Shown here in pieces: positions 1 to 11,137 of a stretch of 64,000 nt of DNA. This DNA is from Eledone cirrhosa. Its lineage: Eukaryota. Both the position numbers and the translations under genes were made by a program. The notes beneath the pieces were generated by a model that did not search any database, was not told the DNA's origin, and worked only from the letters and a program-made list of their open reading frames with translations. Location of the stretch: positions 18,104,001 to 18,168,000 of the forward strand of contig OZ024756.1 in assembly GCA_964016885.1 (NCBI GenBank), given 5' to 3'. Numbering within the stretch: position 1 is the stretch's first letter; each line of letters opens with the position of its first letter.

Positions 1-40
1 ATTGTAGTAGCAGAAGTAGTATTAAAATCAGAGAACTTCA
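1..40 (-). other. Probable second (5'UTR) exon of a minus-strand gene leaving the window
   Basis: Minus strand shows a polypyrimidine tract plus AG (tttttctctctcag) ending at 41. It pairs with a GTAAGC donor at 457-452. Confidence 0.5.
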
Positions 41-315
41 CTGAGAGAGAAAAAGAATAAAAGCTACAATGCAGAATAAATATAAACACCTAGAGTTTAA
101 TAAGTTTTTGCATTAAAACCAATAAAACAACGCCGATCGCTTATAAATATATCCATCTATCTATATATATCGATATATATGCATATGTATGAAGGTTTGC
201 AATTAATTTGCTTCCGATCTGAAGCAGTCGCCACTTATGACGACAACAATTGTCCCCACCTCCACAGCGGGTTTTATTATATATAATATATATATATAAT
301 ATATATATATATATT

Positions 316-347
<32 letters not shown>

Positions 348-457
348 TTGTGTGGGTTTTTTTAAAGAACCAAACTGAAAATTCTTTCTTATCCCAATTT
401 CCTTCCGGTTATTTTTTTTTTTTTTTTTTTTCTTCCTGCTAATACATAAAAGCTTAC

Positions 458-600
458 CAAAATATGTCCTATATCCGCTTGAAAGTGACCGCAAAACGTC
501 ATCAACTGTTGAACGTTTCTCGAAAAGGGGCCATTACGTGAGGCCGACAACACTACTGCTGCACATGCGCCTGCGCAACATTTCAGTGCTTTTTTTAAAA
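458..600 (-). promoter_or_regulatory. Promoter and non-coding first exon of a minus-strand gene
   Basis: NRF1-type TGCGCCTGCGCA at 566-577, CRE-like ACGTCA and TTACGTGA, local CpG enrichment, and a GTAAGC donor at 457. Confidence 0.5.
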
Positions 601-864
601 AATTTGGAATGTGTTTGGGGGAAAACGAATCTGTTGTGCAATTAGGAGAAAATGCAGGGCAGTTGGATCGGATTAAATTTTTTTTAATCTTTCTTACAGT
701 TATTTTTATTTTGTTTTTGTTTTGTGTCGGGTTTGTCGTTTTGTTTTCGTTTTTGTATCATTCTTCTGGTTTCTTAATTCAAATATTATTAAACTGCGGT
801 CAATTTATCTTTCAAAAATATGTCACTCGCTATATATACGGACATCACTTGGATTATAATGATT

Positions 865-1010
865 TCTAATTTAGACACAAAGCCAGTGATTTGGGGGAAA
901 GGAGAAAGTCGATAACATCGATCTCAGTTCTTTACTGGTACTTTGTTTTTGTTTTTTTATCCCCGGGCGGATGAAAAGCAAAATTGACCTCGGCGGGATT
1001 TGAAATTTAA
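865..1010 (-). mobile_element. tRNA-derived SINE family B, partial copy
   Basis: Matches the recurring ...cccgccgaggtcaa.tttgc.tttcatcc...agtaccagta...ggc(c)ttgtg consensus. Confidence 0.7.
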
Positions 1011-1289
1011 ACGATTACATAATAGCAACACGCACCTTTGCCTAGTAAATCCTTGCTGGCTTTGCACATTGTCAAAAGGAAATTTCGATTAAAAGGACAA
1101 TTGGTAAGAGCGGACAAGAGAAAGATCGTTGAAGCGCAACAAATAAAAAGTTCATTAGGAATCAATTTCACCGTCACGGTTTCGGGTCTTGATTGAAGAT
1201 ATTTCCATTTCCATTTGGCAGAATAAAGGTCGCATTTTTCTATCCTAAAATATAGGACAGGGAAGGGCGGATCTCTGTTTCTAGTTATG

Positions 1290-1460
1290 AAGTAAGGATG
1301 AAAGGCAAAATTTCATCGGAATTTGAACTCAGAACGTAAAGAGCCATAACTCTGATGCTCTACCGATACTGCCAATCCATAATGGTTTCTGATTTAGGCA
1401 CAAGGCCAACAATTTTGGAGGAAAGAAAAAGTCGATATAATATAATACTTACTAGCACTT
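1290..1460 (-). mobile_element. SINE family B fragments
   Basis: Head (tggattggcagtatcggtagag, B-box gagttcaaat) and tail fragments. Confidence 0.65.
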
Positions 1461-1464
1461 AAGT

Positions 1465-2945
1465 TTACTCTCAGACCATTTGATTCCAAATCTGTTTCCA
1501 TAGTCAGAACTTATTTTCTAGTTGTTTTGTGGATTCAGCTATAAGGATCAGATCATCCACATAGAGAAGTTCCCATGGACAGCCAGTCTTAAACTTCTCT
1601 GTTATAGCCTGGAGAACTATAATAAACTCCTTCCTGTACCTTGGATTTCTCACTAAACTCACTTCCTACTTTCATTTTACTGACAGCTCCTCTGTACATG
1701 GCTTATACTGCTCTCACAAGCCATTCTTCTACACCTAATTTCCTTAAGGAACTTGATAATAGATCGAGGTACTCCATCAAAGGCCTTTTCTAGATCAACA
1801 AAAGCAGCTTATTCTTAGCTAGGAACTTCTCTTGTAGTTGCCTCACTAAAAAGTGGCATGAAACCAAACTGCATCTTATCTAATTTGACTCTTTCCCTAA
1901 TTAGCTGAGATATAACTCTTTCCGTCACTTTCAGAACTTGGTCCATTAGTTTTATCTCTGTATAGTTGCTCCTTTCTAAAGCATCACCTTTGGCCTTGTA
2001 GCAATTTATGACTGCTGCACCAGTCATTGGGTATGACTTTGTCCTGTATTACCTGATTGACTATGTGGGTTATTAGTTCAACTCCTATTTCTCCCGGTGC
2101 ATCTCAGCAACCATCTCTGATAGTCCTGTGGCTTTACCATTCTTCATTTCCTTAATTGTTTATTCGACACCATTACTGTCAACTTCAATAGTTGTCGTTC
2201 TATTGGGTAAGTTGGGAGCAGTCTCTTCTCCTCCCAATCATTCTCTACATTCATCAGTCTCTCATAGTAACATTTCCAGGCCTCTTTCTTTTGAGCATTA
2301 GTAGTGCTAAGTGCACCAGTGTCATTTCTAATACACTTTTCACCAACAACATCGCGATTTACACTAACATACTGCCTTGCAATGCAAAACACTTCATGTC
2401 TCAAGACATTAACAAATTTACTTTCTTCAGCCTCCCTCCCAGCTGTGTATGCCTGTTGTCTAACTTCTCTCTTAGCTACCTGGAACCAGTCACTGCTACT
2501 CCCATTTTTCCAGTCTTTCCACGTCTGTCTCTTGGCTTTAATGGCTCTATCTACTGTGCTGTTCCACCACCAGGTCACCCTCTGTCAGGCTGATGCTTTA
2601 CTCAAGCCATAAGTATCATCAGTTGTATGCAAAAGATTGTCATGCAAGAATCTCCAATTGTACTCTATGTTATATGCATCTATCTCGTTACCCATCTTAT
2701 TAAATCCACCCTCTATATTTAACCAAAAGGTCCTTTAGCTTCCAAACCCCCCATCTACATGTTTTCCTGAGTATCTTCTTCTGTCTTGTGTTTATTCTGA
2801 TGTCACGAATATCTAATTTGTGTTGCACAGCACATTCTTCCCCAGGGAAGGTCTTAACATTTATTACAGTCCGTTTATCTCATTGTCTTACAAGTAAGAA
2901 ATCAATCTGGCTTGTGTCTTCATCTGATTGGTATGTGATCAGGTG
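1465..2945 (-). mobile_element. Degenerate RTE-clade LINE fragment (endonuclease end, linker, RT N-terminal half)
   Basis: Translations TWWWNSTVDRAIKAKR, YKAKGDALERSNY..IKLM..MQFGFMP, FVDLEKAFD and PWELLYVDDL, with frameshifts and stops. Confidence 0.85.
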
Positions 2946-2964
2946 TATATATATATATACATAG

Positions 2965-2996
<32 letters not shown>

Positions 2997-3034
2997 TTAT
3001 ATATATCTGTTAAATGGTGATGATGATGATGATG

Positions 3035-3070
<36 letters not shown>

Positions 3071-3071
<1 letters not shown>

Positions 3072-3230
3072 ATATCAATAATATTAATAAATGGAAAATA
3101 TCTTTATAAAACCATATTTATTTTATTATACGTATTTCAAGGGTACTAATATTAGTGCCCTTGAAATACGTATAATAAAATAAATATGGTTTTATAAAGA
3201 TATTTTCCATTTATTAATATTATTGATATT
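3071..3230. repeat. 160-bp near-perfect palindrome
   Basis: Arms 3071-3150 and 3151-3230 are reverse complements with one mismatch near the centre ACTAAT|ATTAGT. Confidence 0.95.
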
Positions 3231-3341
3231 AATGATACTCTGGATAAAACCTGTTGAGTGCTTCTAACCTGTTGTAAAATTAACTTTGTTGAATAATCAA
3301 CAAACCAAATAACTCATTGTTTATATATATATATATATATA

Positions 3342-3741
3342 CTAGCAGATGTACCCGGCATTGCTCGGGAAATGAATGACAGCCTGAATTGTTCAAGGTC
3401 GTTTATGGCTTAGCTAACAATTTCTGAGTGCATGTCAGCTTATGTCAGCTAATTGGCTAGCCAATGAGAGGTCGCCTCAATAGCACGTGCCAAATCGGTC
3501 TAGTACTTCAAAAGTTAAAAGGAGCCTAGTATTTGTACACAAAATATATTTTCCGGCCCCAATATCGATTTTTTTTTTCAAATTTGTTTTTGTCATAAAC
3601 TTGCTCTGGCATATAAGCAATATGTGTGCCAAATTTGGTTAAAATTGGCCTAGTACTTCAAAAGTTAAAAGGAGCCTAGTATTTGTACACAGACAGACGG
3701 ACACACACACACACAGACCGACTTGCTTTTATATATATAGA
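3342..3741 (-). mobile_element. Non-autonomous Helitron (~400 bp)
   Basis: Minus strand starts TC(TATATATATAAAAGC) and ends with hairpin CCCGAGCAATGCCGGG then CTAG. Inserted between host A and T with no TSD. Internal 41-bp duplication at 3501 and 3651. Confidence 0.85.
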
Positions 3742-3869
3742 TGTGTGTGTGTGTGTAAAGAATTTGAAGTTGGAAAGCCACGACAATTGCAGGTCCGGTA
3801 GAAGTCATTTCCATATTACAATTTATTAAACACAGTTGACTATCATGTTACCTAACAACACCTTATTGC

Positions 3870-4143
3870 GGCTATCTTCAACCACCGAGCCATGGCAACC
3901 AGACTGCTAAGAAGGCCCTTCACTATTGGTGAAGAGTTGATCCACCATGAGGTTTTCGGAAAGGCTATCGTTAAAAAGGTAGCAATAGCTCCTCTTTTGG
4001 TTAGCACCATAACTAGAGAAATTGATGAAATAGTGGAGGACATTGAAACACAATTGTTAGAGAGGATTAATGAGTCACCTGTCCATGGAGAAACTGTCTT
4101 GCATGACACCAGTACCTGACACAAAAAAAGTTGGGGACCGCTG
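3870..4143 (+). mobile_element. hAT (Charlie/Buster; ZBED5/SCAND3-like) transposase fragment with right TIR
   Basis: Translation PFTIGEELI..STITREIDEIVEDIETQLLERINESP, followed by terminus AAAAGTTGGGGACCGCTG. Confidence 0.8.
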
Positions 4144-4149
4144 TATTAG

Positions 4150-4760
4150 TGGACAGAATTGATAAACATGTGACCTGCCCTTGATAACAACACCTTATTG
4201 GACATATTTAACCATCAGGTTACCTGCCCTTGATAACAACACCTTATTGGATAGATTTGACCATCAGGTTACCTGTCCTTGATAACAACACCATATGTGG
4301 ACAGATTTGACCATCTGGTAACCCCTCCTTGATAATAACACCTTATTTGGACAGATTTGACCATCTGGTGACCTGTCCTTGATACCAACCCCATAATGTA
4401 GACAGATTTGACCATCTGGTGACCTGTCCTTGATAACAACCCCTTATTTGGACATATTTGACCATCTGGTGACCTGTCCACGATAACAACCCCTTATTTG
4501 GACAGATTTGACTATCATGTGATCACTCCATGATAACACCATATTTGGACATATTTGATCATCAGGTGACATGCCCTTGATAACACCACCATATTTGGAC
4601 AGATGTGTCTATCATATGACCTATCCTTGATAACAACACTATATTTGGATGTATTTGACCATCATGTGACCTGTCCTTGGTTATAACCCCTTATTTGGCC
4701 ATATTTGACCATCAGGTAATCTGTCCTTGATAACAACACTTTATTTGGACACAATTGATG
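4150..4760. repeat. Minisatellite, ~49-50 bp unit, ~12 copies
   Basis: Unit gacctgtccttgataacaacaccttatttggacagatttgaccatctggt. A partial monomer also lies at ~3830-3868. Confidence 0.9.
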
Positions 4761-4832
4761 GCCTTGTTGGTTGGGTTAGTTTCCTCTCTGTAGAATAGTT
4801 TTAATCAAGTAAATCTGACCAGGGATATCCAG

Positions 4833-4888
4833 CTACTACTACTACTACTACTACTAGCACCACCACCACCACTACTGCTACTACCACC

Positions 4889-4919
<31 letters not shown>

Positions 4920-5007
4920 GCACCACTACTACTACTACCACCACCACCACCACTATTACTACTACCACCACCACTATTACTACTACTGCCACCACCACCA
5001 CTATCAC

Positions 5008-5043
<36 letters not shown>

Positions 5044-5437
5044 CACTACTACTACTACTACCACCACCACTATTATTACAATCACTACCACCACTACTAC
5101 AACTACTACTACCACACACACACAGATACACTCACACACCAATCACAGTTTAATTGAATATCTTTATACAACTTAGACACTGACACACACACACACACAC
5201 ACATACGTACAGTTACACACAGTCACACACATAGTCACATACACACATAGAGATACATATACACACAGTCACATACACACATAGTTACACACATACACAT
5301 ACACATATAGTCACATACACACATACATATACATACATACACACACAGACATACAGACACACACACATGCAGACACAACAGTCACAGACACACACACACA
5401 GATACAGGCATACACACACAGACACAGGCATACACAC

Positions 5438-5475
<38 letters not shown>

Positions 5476-5480
5476 TCACT
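4833..5480. repeat. (CTA/CCA)n then (CA)n-derived microsatellites, with a ~45-bp direct duplication (5129-5173 / 5477-5521)
   Basis: Read directly from the sequence. Confidence 0.9.
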
Positions 5481-5707
5481 CACACACCAATCACAGTTTA
5501 ATTGAATATCTTTATACAACTCATTGGATTTATTAATTGTTTATGGTATGACAACTAGTAACTATGACAACTGGCTATCTTTCTTTTTTTTTTATCTCCT
5601 TTTCATAAAGAGCGTCTCTTGTTTAAGACGGCCGACTACTTCGTCCTTCAAAAGGAAAAGAAGAGATTTCTTAAACCTATCTCAGCAGGACATTTTCTTT
5701 CAAAGTT

Positions 5708-6699
5708 GGAGGTGGTGATGTGTTGTGGTGGTGGTGTGGTGGTGGTGGTGGTAGTGTTGTGTTGATGGTGGTGGTGGTGTGTTATGGTGGTGGTGGTGGT
5801 GGTGATGTTGGTGGTGGTGGTGGTGATGTTGGTGGTGGTGGTGGTGGTGGTGGTGGTGGTAGTGGTGGTGGTGGTAGTGGTGGTGGTGGTGGTGGTGGTG
5901 GTAGTGTTGTGGTGATTGTGGTAGTGGAGGTGGTGGTAGTGTTGTGGTAGTGGAGGTGGTGGTGGTTGTGGCGGAGGTGGTGATGGTGGTAGTGGTGGTG
6001 GTGATGTGGTGATGGTGGTGGTTGTGGCGGAGGTGGTGGTAGTTGTGGTGGTGGTGGTGTGGTGGTGGTAGTGTTGTGGTGATGGTGGTGGTGGTAGTGG
6101 TGGTGGTGGTGTGGTGATGTTGGTAGTGTTGTGGTGATGGTGATGGTTGTGGTGGTCGTGGTGGTTGTGGTGGAGGTGGAGTTGTGGTGGAGGTGGAGAT
6201 GTGGTGGTGGTGGTGTGGTGTGGGGAGGGGCAAGAGTGGTAGTGGTGTTGTTGTTGGTGGTCTTGTTTGAGGCAATAGTGGTGGTGTTATGGGGGCAAGT
6301 GGTGGTGGAGAGAAAGAGAAAGAATGAGAGAGTGTAAGAGAGAAAGAGAGGGACAGATGAGAGAGAGGTTAGAGAAAGAAAATATAGCGAGAGGGAGGTG
6401 ACAGAGAGAGAGGGGGTGGCAGAGGAGTGAAATTGTGTGTGGAAAGAAGAGGAGAGGTGTTTGTATTGTGGGAGGGGGGGGGGGTTGTGACCATTCATTC
6501 CATATCTTGAGAAGTTGAATGGATGGGAGATGAGTAGGAGGTGGACGAGGAGAAGGAGGGGGAGAAGAAGAAGAAGAGATATCTTCAATATAGGAGTATT
6601 GAGAAAGAAAGAAGACAGAGAGGAGAGAGGAAAGAAAAAGAGAGAGTGAAAGATAGAAAGAAGAAAGAGAGAAAAAGGATAGAAAGAAAGCAGGAGATG

Positions 6700-6700
<1 letters not shown>
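5708..6700. repeat. (GGT)n-derived repeat followed by a GA-rich low-complexity tract
   Basis: Read directly. It is the source of the poly-H/P/G/V ORFs in the track. Confidence 0.9.
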
Positions 6701-6730
<30 letters not shown>

Positions 6731-6971
6731 AAATATATATAAAATATATAAAATAAAATATATATATATAAAAAAAATTTGACTTATTTATTTTATTTTA
6801 TTTTATTTTATTTTATTTTATTTTACATTACTCTGGAGTAACCAAACCAACCTGCGCACTTTGTCGAGTGCTCCAATCTGCATACTAAGGTGTTGGTATA
6901 CAACCAACATATACTCAAAATTTATATATATATATATATATTATTATGTAATAAACAACATAAGGCAATTA

Positions 6972-7031
6972 TTCCATTTACCAGTGGTTTCTTAAAAGCA
7001 AAAGATTTTGCTTTCAATCCTCAGAATGAAA
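6972..7031 (-). ncRNA. Type I hammerhead ribozyme motif (family 1)
   Basis: Minus strand: tttcatt CTGAGGA ttgaaagcaaaa-tc-ttttgcttttaa GAAAC cactg GTA aatggaa. Stems I, II and III all pair, and the cleavage triplet is GUA. Confidence 0.85.
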
Positions 7032-7082
7032 AAATCCTGGTCTGTTTATTGAATTTGAATTTTAAAAACAAAAATGCAATCT

Positions 7083-7421
7083 ATCATCATCATTTCATTT
7101 TACGTCCGCTTTTCCCTGCTTGCAAGGGTGGGACGGGAACTGATTTTTGGCTTGATTTCTACAGCTGGATGCCCTTCCTAACACCAACCTCATTTACAGT
7201 GAGTGCTGGGTGCTTTTTTGCCGTGGCACCTCCACGACCACTTTGCAGTGGAATGATAGGGACCCCAGTCCCTATCATCTCATTTCTACAGCTGAGTAAA
7301 CTGGAGCAATGTGAAATAAAGTGTCTTGCTCAAGGAAACAACACATCACCCGGTCTGAGAATTGAACTCACAACCTTTCGATTGCAAGGCCCTAACCCTA
7401 ACCACTAAGCCATGTGCCTCC
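7083..7421 (-). mobile_element. Full-length tRNA-derived SINE family A with RTE-type 3' tail
   Basis: A-box tggcttagtgg, B-box gagttcaattc, body ccttgagcaagacactt, and tail ggaagggcatccagc...ggacgtaaaatgatgat. Confidence 0.9.
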
Positions 7422-7449
7422 TATATAAACACATATATATATATATATA

Positions 7450-7960
7450 TAAAGAAAATGGGATACAGAAAGAGAGAAAGAGAGAGAGAAAACAAGAACA
7501 AGAATGATAGAAAGGGGAGAAAAAGAGAGAAAGAAAACAGGAAAGAGAGAAAGATAGAAAGAAGAGAGAGAGAGAGAGGAAGAAAAGTGACAGAGAGGAA
7601 GATAGAAAGAAAAGGGAGAGAGAGAGAGACAGAGAAAGAAAAGGGGGAGAGAGAGAAAGATAGAAAGAAAAGGGAGAGAGAGAGGAAGAGAAAGAAAAGG
7701 GAGAGAAAAAGATAGAAAGAAAAGGGAGGGAGAGAGAGAGACAGAGAAAGAAAAGGGAAAGAGAGAGGAAGATAGAAAGAAAAGGGAGAGAGAGAGGAAG
7801 ATAGAAAGAAAAGGGAGAGAGAAAGATAGAAAGAAAGAAATCAGGAAAGAGAGAGAGAGAGTGAGAGAAATATAGAAAAAAATAAAACAGGAAAGAGAGA
7901 AAGAGAGAGTGTGAGAGAAAGATAGAAAGAAAAGTGAGAGAGAGATTGAGAGATAGAAAG
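7450..7960. repeat. GA-rich satellite-like tract
   Basis: Repeated gatagaaagaaaagggagagag units. Confidence 0.9.
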
Positions 7961-7961
7961 A

Positions 7962-9612
7962 CAGCAATGGTGCTACTCCGGAGCAGTGGAAAACTGCCAG
8001 TGTCATTCCCCTGTTCAAAAAGGGCAACCGCATGTCACCTGTCAACTATCGTCCAGTCAGTCTTACTAGCTGTATGGCCAAACTGATGGAATCCTGTGTC
8101 AGAGAAACACTTTGGAACTTCTGGAGCTCTCACAGCCTCATCCGGCCATCACAGTTTGGATTTATCCCTAACTCCAGCTGCTGTGATCAGCTTATCGAGT
8201 TCCTTGAGGACATCACCCGGATCACTGACAGCGGCTCATGGGTGGATGTTGTTTACCTTGACTTTGCTAAGGCTTTTAATTCTGTGCCACACAAAAGACT
8301 TATGGCAAAACTCTCTGCAATGGGTGTGAGGGATGATCTTTTCGACTGGCTGAAATCCTTCATTCTCAGCCGAAGGGAAGTAGTCACGGTTCTAGGACAG
8401 CATTCTTCACCATATGAGATGTCATCTGGTGTACCACAGGGATCTGTTCTTGGTCCTCTTTTGTTTGTGGCATATATTAATGACATAGATGCCAACTTAC
8501 AGAATGCCACGGTACTAAAATATGCAGATGACATCAAGCTGTACCTTGAAATCAAAAGGACTGATCCTGAAATTTACAACTCTTTCCTACAATCAGACCT
8601 GGACACAATGCAGCAATGGATCACAGACTGGCAACTGAAGCTGGCTGTGGACAAGTGTACCACCATGCATTTTGGAAGGAAAAATCCAGCGTCCACATAC
8701 TCCCTCCACAACACTGACATCAAAAAGTCCTCTTGTGAACGTGACCTAGGCATTACTGTCAGCAACGATTTGCATTGGACAAAGCATGTCTCTAAGATTG
8801 TCAAGAAGGCCGAGGGTGTCTTGGCATCACTCAGCAAGACCTTTGTTAGCCGCTCTCCAGCCATCTATTTAAAACTGTATACAGCTATGGTGCGACCACA
8901 CTTGGAATTCGCATCATCAGTCTGGAACCCCTATCTTGCTCGGAACATTGACCTCCTGGAAACTGTTCAGAGACGTGCAACCAAGCGCATACCCTCCATC
9001 AGACACCTACCATACTCTGAACGCCTTGCTTCCCTGGGCATGGATTCATTGAAGCTCCGACGTCTGGCAGTGGACTTGGTGAATACCCACAAAGTTTTTA
9101 ACCATCTCGCCAACTGCAACCCTGAGCGCCTCTTTGATCTCCATGTGTCTAACACACGTGGACATGCCTACAAGATAAGAAAACAGCACAGCTCCCATGA
9201 CTTTCGCAGACATTTTTTCACGCTCAGAGTTGCTGAAACATGGAACAAACTGCCTGCGTCAATTGTTAGCTGCCGAGACACTGCATCCTTTAAGACACTC
9301 ATGCTTCCCGAAATACGCCAAAACTACACCTGATGTGCCCCTTCCATACACATGCACACATGTGTGCACTGTTCATTTTACTGATGTTTGTGCATTGCCC
9401 TATGTACTGTACATGCACTTTTTTGATGGGTTGTGGTGCACCTGGGCACTGTGCACAATATTTCATTATTGTTATTGTTATTATATCATGACTCATACAC
9501 TGTTTATTTTCCTGACATTTGTACATTATTCTATGTACTATACATGCACCTTTGATGAGTTGTAGTGCACCTGAGCACTGTACACAATAATTTCATTATT
9601 ATTATTATTATA
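7962..9612 (+). mobile_element. 5'-truncated CR1-clade LINE with tandemly duplicated 3'UTR and (ATT)n tail
   Basis: Reading frame is open from ~7963 (PEQWKTASVIPLFKKG). RT motifs are listed in the next feature. The 3'UTR unit gtagtgcacctgagcactgtacacaata is repeated. Confidence 0.95.
8032..9333 (+). CDS. CR1 ORF2 reverse transcriptase (truncated, no stops or frameshifts)
   Basis: NYRPVSLTS, QFGF, YLDFAKAFNSVPH, GVPQGSVLGPLLF, YADD, ERDLG, VRPHLE..SVWNP and TRGH motifs. Confidence 0.95.
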   Translation: MSPVNYRPVSLTSCMAKLMESCVRETLWNFWSSHSLIRPSQFGFIPNSSCCDQLIEFLEDITRITDSGSWVDVVYLDFAKAFNSVPHKRLMAKLSAMGVRDDLFDWLKSFILSRREVVTVLGQHSSPYEMSSGVPQGSVLGPLLFVAYINDIDANLQNATVLKYADDIKLYLEIKRTDPEIYNSFLQSDLDTMQQWITDWQLKLAVDKCTTMHFGRKNPASTYSLHNTDIKKSSCERDLGITVSNDLHWTKHVSKIVKKAEGVLASLSKTFVSRSPAIYLKLYTAMVRPHLEFASSVWNPYLARNIDLLETVQRRATKRIPSIRHLPYSERLASLGMDSLKLRRLAVDLVNTHKVFNHLANCNPERLFDLHVSNTRGHAYKIRKQHSSHDFRRHFFTLRVAETWNKLPASIVSCRDTASFKTLMLPEIRQNYT

Positions 9613-9972
9613 AAAGGGAGAGAGAGATAGAAAGATATAAAGAAAACAGGAAAGAGAGAGAGGGAGGGAGGTATAGGACAAAGTGGTTAAGTAACTTAAA
9701 ACTTTGGTATTCCTGAAAGTAATGTGGTTAGATACTATGATATGTTAAAAGAGTGGCGGTGTGAGGTGAAAACAACAACAACAACAACAACAAACAAGGA
9801 AGTAATGAAAGGTGATATATCAGTCTATGTGATTTATATGAAAATTTAATTAATGGTTATCATATGTTTATCTCCTTCAAAACATATTGAGATTTACTTT
9901 AGACTCTACAGCCTCCATATGTACAAATATCACTGTTGGAGCTATATATACATCATCATCGTAGCAAATAAT

Positions 9973-10143
9973 AGTAATGAAATTATTGTGTACAGTGTTC
10001 GGGTGCACTACAATTCATCAAAGGTGCATGTATAGTACATATAAAAGTGTACAAATGTCAGGAAAGTGAACAGTGTATGAGTCATGATATACATGTGTGC
10101 GTGTGTATGGAGGTAAGGGGATATCAGGTATGGTATTGGCAAA
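9973..10143 (-). mobile_element. CR1 3'UTR fragment, inverted relative to the adjacent LINE
   Basis: Reverse complement of the 9335-9600 sequence, more diverged. Confidence 0.8.
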
Positions 10144-10146
10144 TTG

Positions 10147-10147
<1 letters not shown>

Positions 10148-10186
<39 letters not shown>

Positions 10187-10790
10187 TTTACGTCCATTTT
10201 TCCATGCTGGCATGGGTTAGACAGGTTGTCCCATTAGAGGCAAGTTGGGTCAGGGGATTATGTCTTGCTCATATATGGTCCTCTTCAGCACAGCATCTCT
10301 CCATTTGTCACGGTCCTTCATCATCTCCTCTGCGAGCTGCAGTCAGCTCTCACCATCTCTGCTCATGTTTTTCGTAGTCTTCCTCTACTGCGTCTTCCTT
10401 CCACCGGGATTTCTTGTAACTTCTTTAGATAGCAGTCCTCTTCTATGCACATCACATGGCCAACGCAGTCTTCTCTCCTGCACATATATATATCATCATC
10501 ATCATCATTATTTTACATCCATTTTTCCACGTTAGACGAGTTGTCCTGTTGTTTGCAATGTTAGGTCAGGTGACCATGTCTTGCTCATACAAAACTGATT
10601 TTGGCCTGGTTTCTACTACTGGATGCCCTTCCTAATGCCAACCTAATTTACAGGGTGTACTAGGTGCTTTATATCATCATCATCATCATCATTTTACGTC
10701 CGCTTTTCCCTGCTTGCAAGAGTTGGATGGGTCCTATTCAGCACAGCATCTCTCCACTTGTCACGGCCCTTCGTCATCTCCTCGGTATAT
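10148..10790 (-). mobile_element. Cluster of RTE 3'-end and SINE tail fragments with (ATC)n tails
   Basis: Repeated ttttacgtcc...tttcc...gcatggg tails and an RTE C-terminal remnant at ~10270-10480. Confidence 0.7.
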
Positions 10791-10836
10791 ATATATACAC
10801 ACACACACATATATATGTCAGTTTTGACTTATATAA

Positions 10837-10937
10837 TGCCCCAACCATGGTTTCTGGAACTCAAGACACAACATCAACAACTCCTAGACATCAGAATAAC
10901 CAATTTTGGAAGAATTTAGGTTCCTTCATCAGGAATA
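10837..10937 (-). ncRNA. Degenerate hammerhead motif with ~60-nt stem II insertion
   Basis: tattc CTGATGA aggaac...gttcca GAAAC CATG GTT gggg. Stem III is palindromic (ACCATGGT) and stem I is weak. Confidence 0.45.
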
Positions 10938-11137
10938 AGGGGATAAGTTGAAAATACATCATACATACCATTTTGTTGCTGAACCACATGGTGAACAAGA
11001 TGATGTATCATTGAAATACTATATGATTATATTCCACCCAAGGGGATAAGTTGAATATCATACATACCATGCCATTAGTAGACCACATGGTGAAGCAACA
11101 TGATGCAATGCTGAATTACTGTATGAATATTTCCTAC

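Noticed and set aside
5595-5660. Hammerhead-like arrangement on the minus strand
   Set aside because: Hairpins are present but both core segments are mutated (TTGAAGG, TAAAC), so it cannot be supported.
4801-6588. Poly-V/G/S/H/P ORFs
   Set aside because: They are translations of (CTA/CCA/GGT)n microsatellites, open in several frames with no unique coding context.
7390-7403. Telomeric CCCTAA repeats
   Set aside because: Only two units, arising as a variant within a SINE head.
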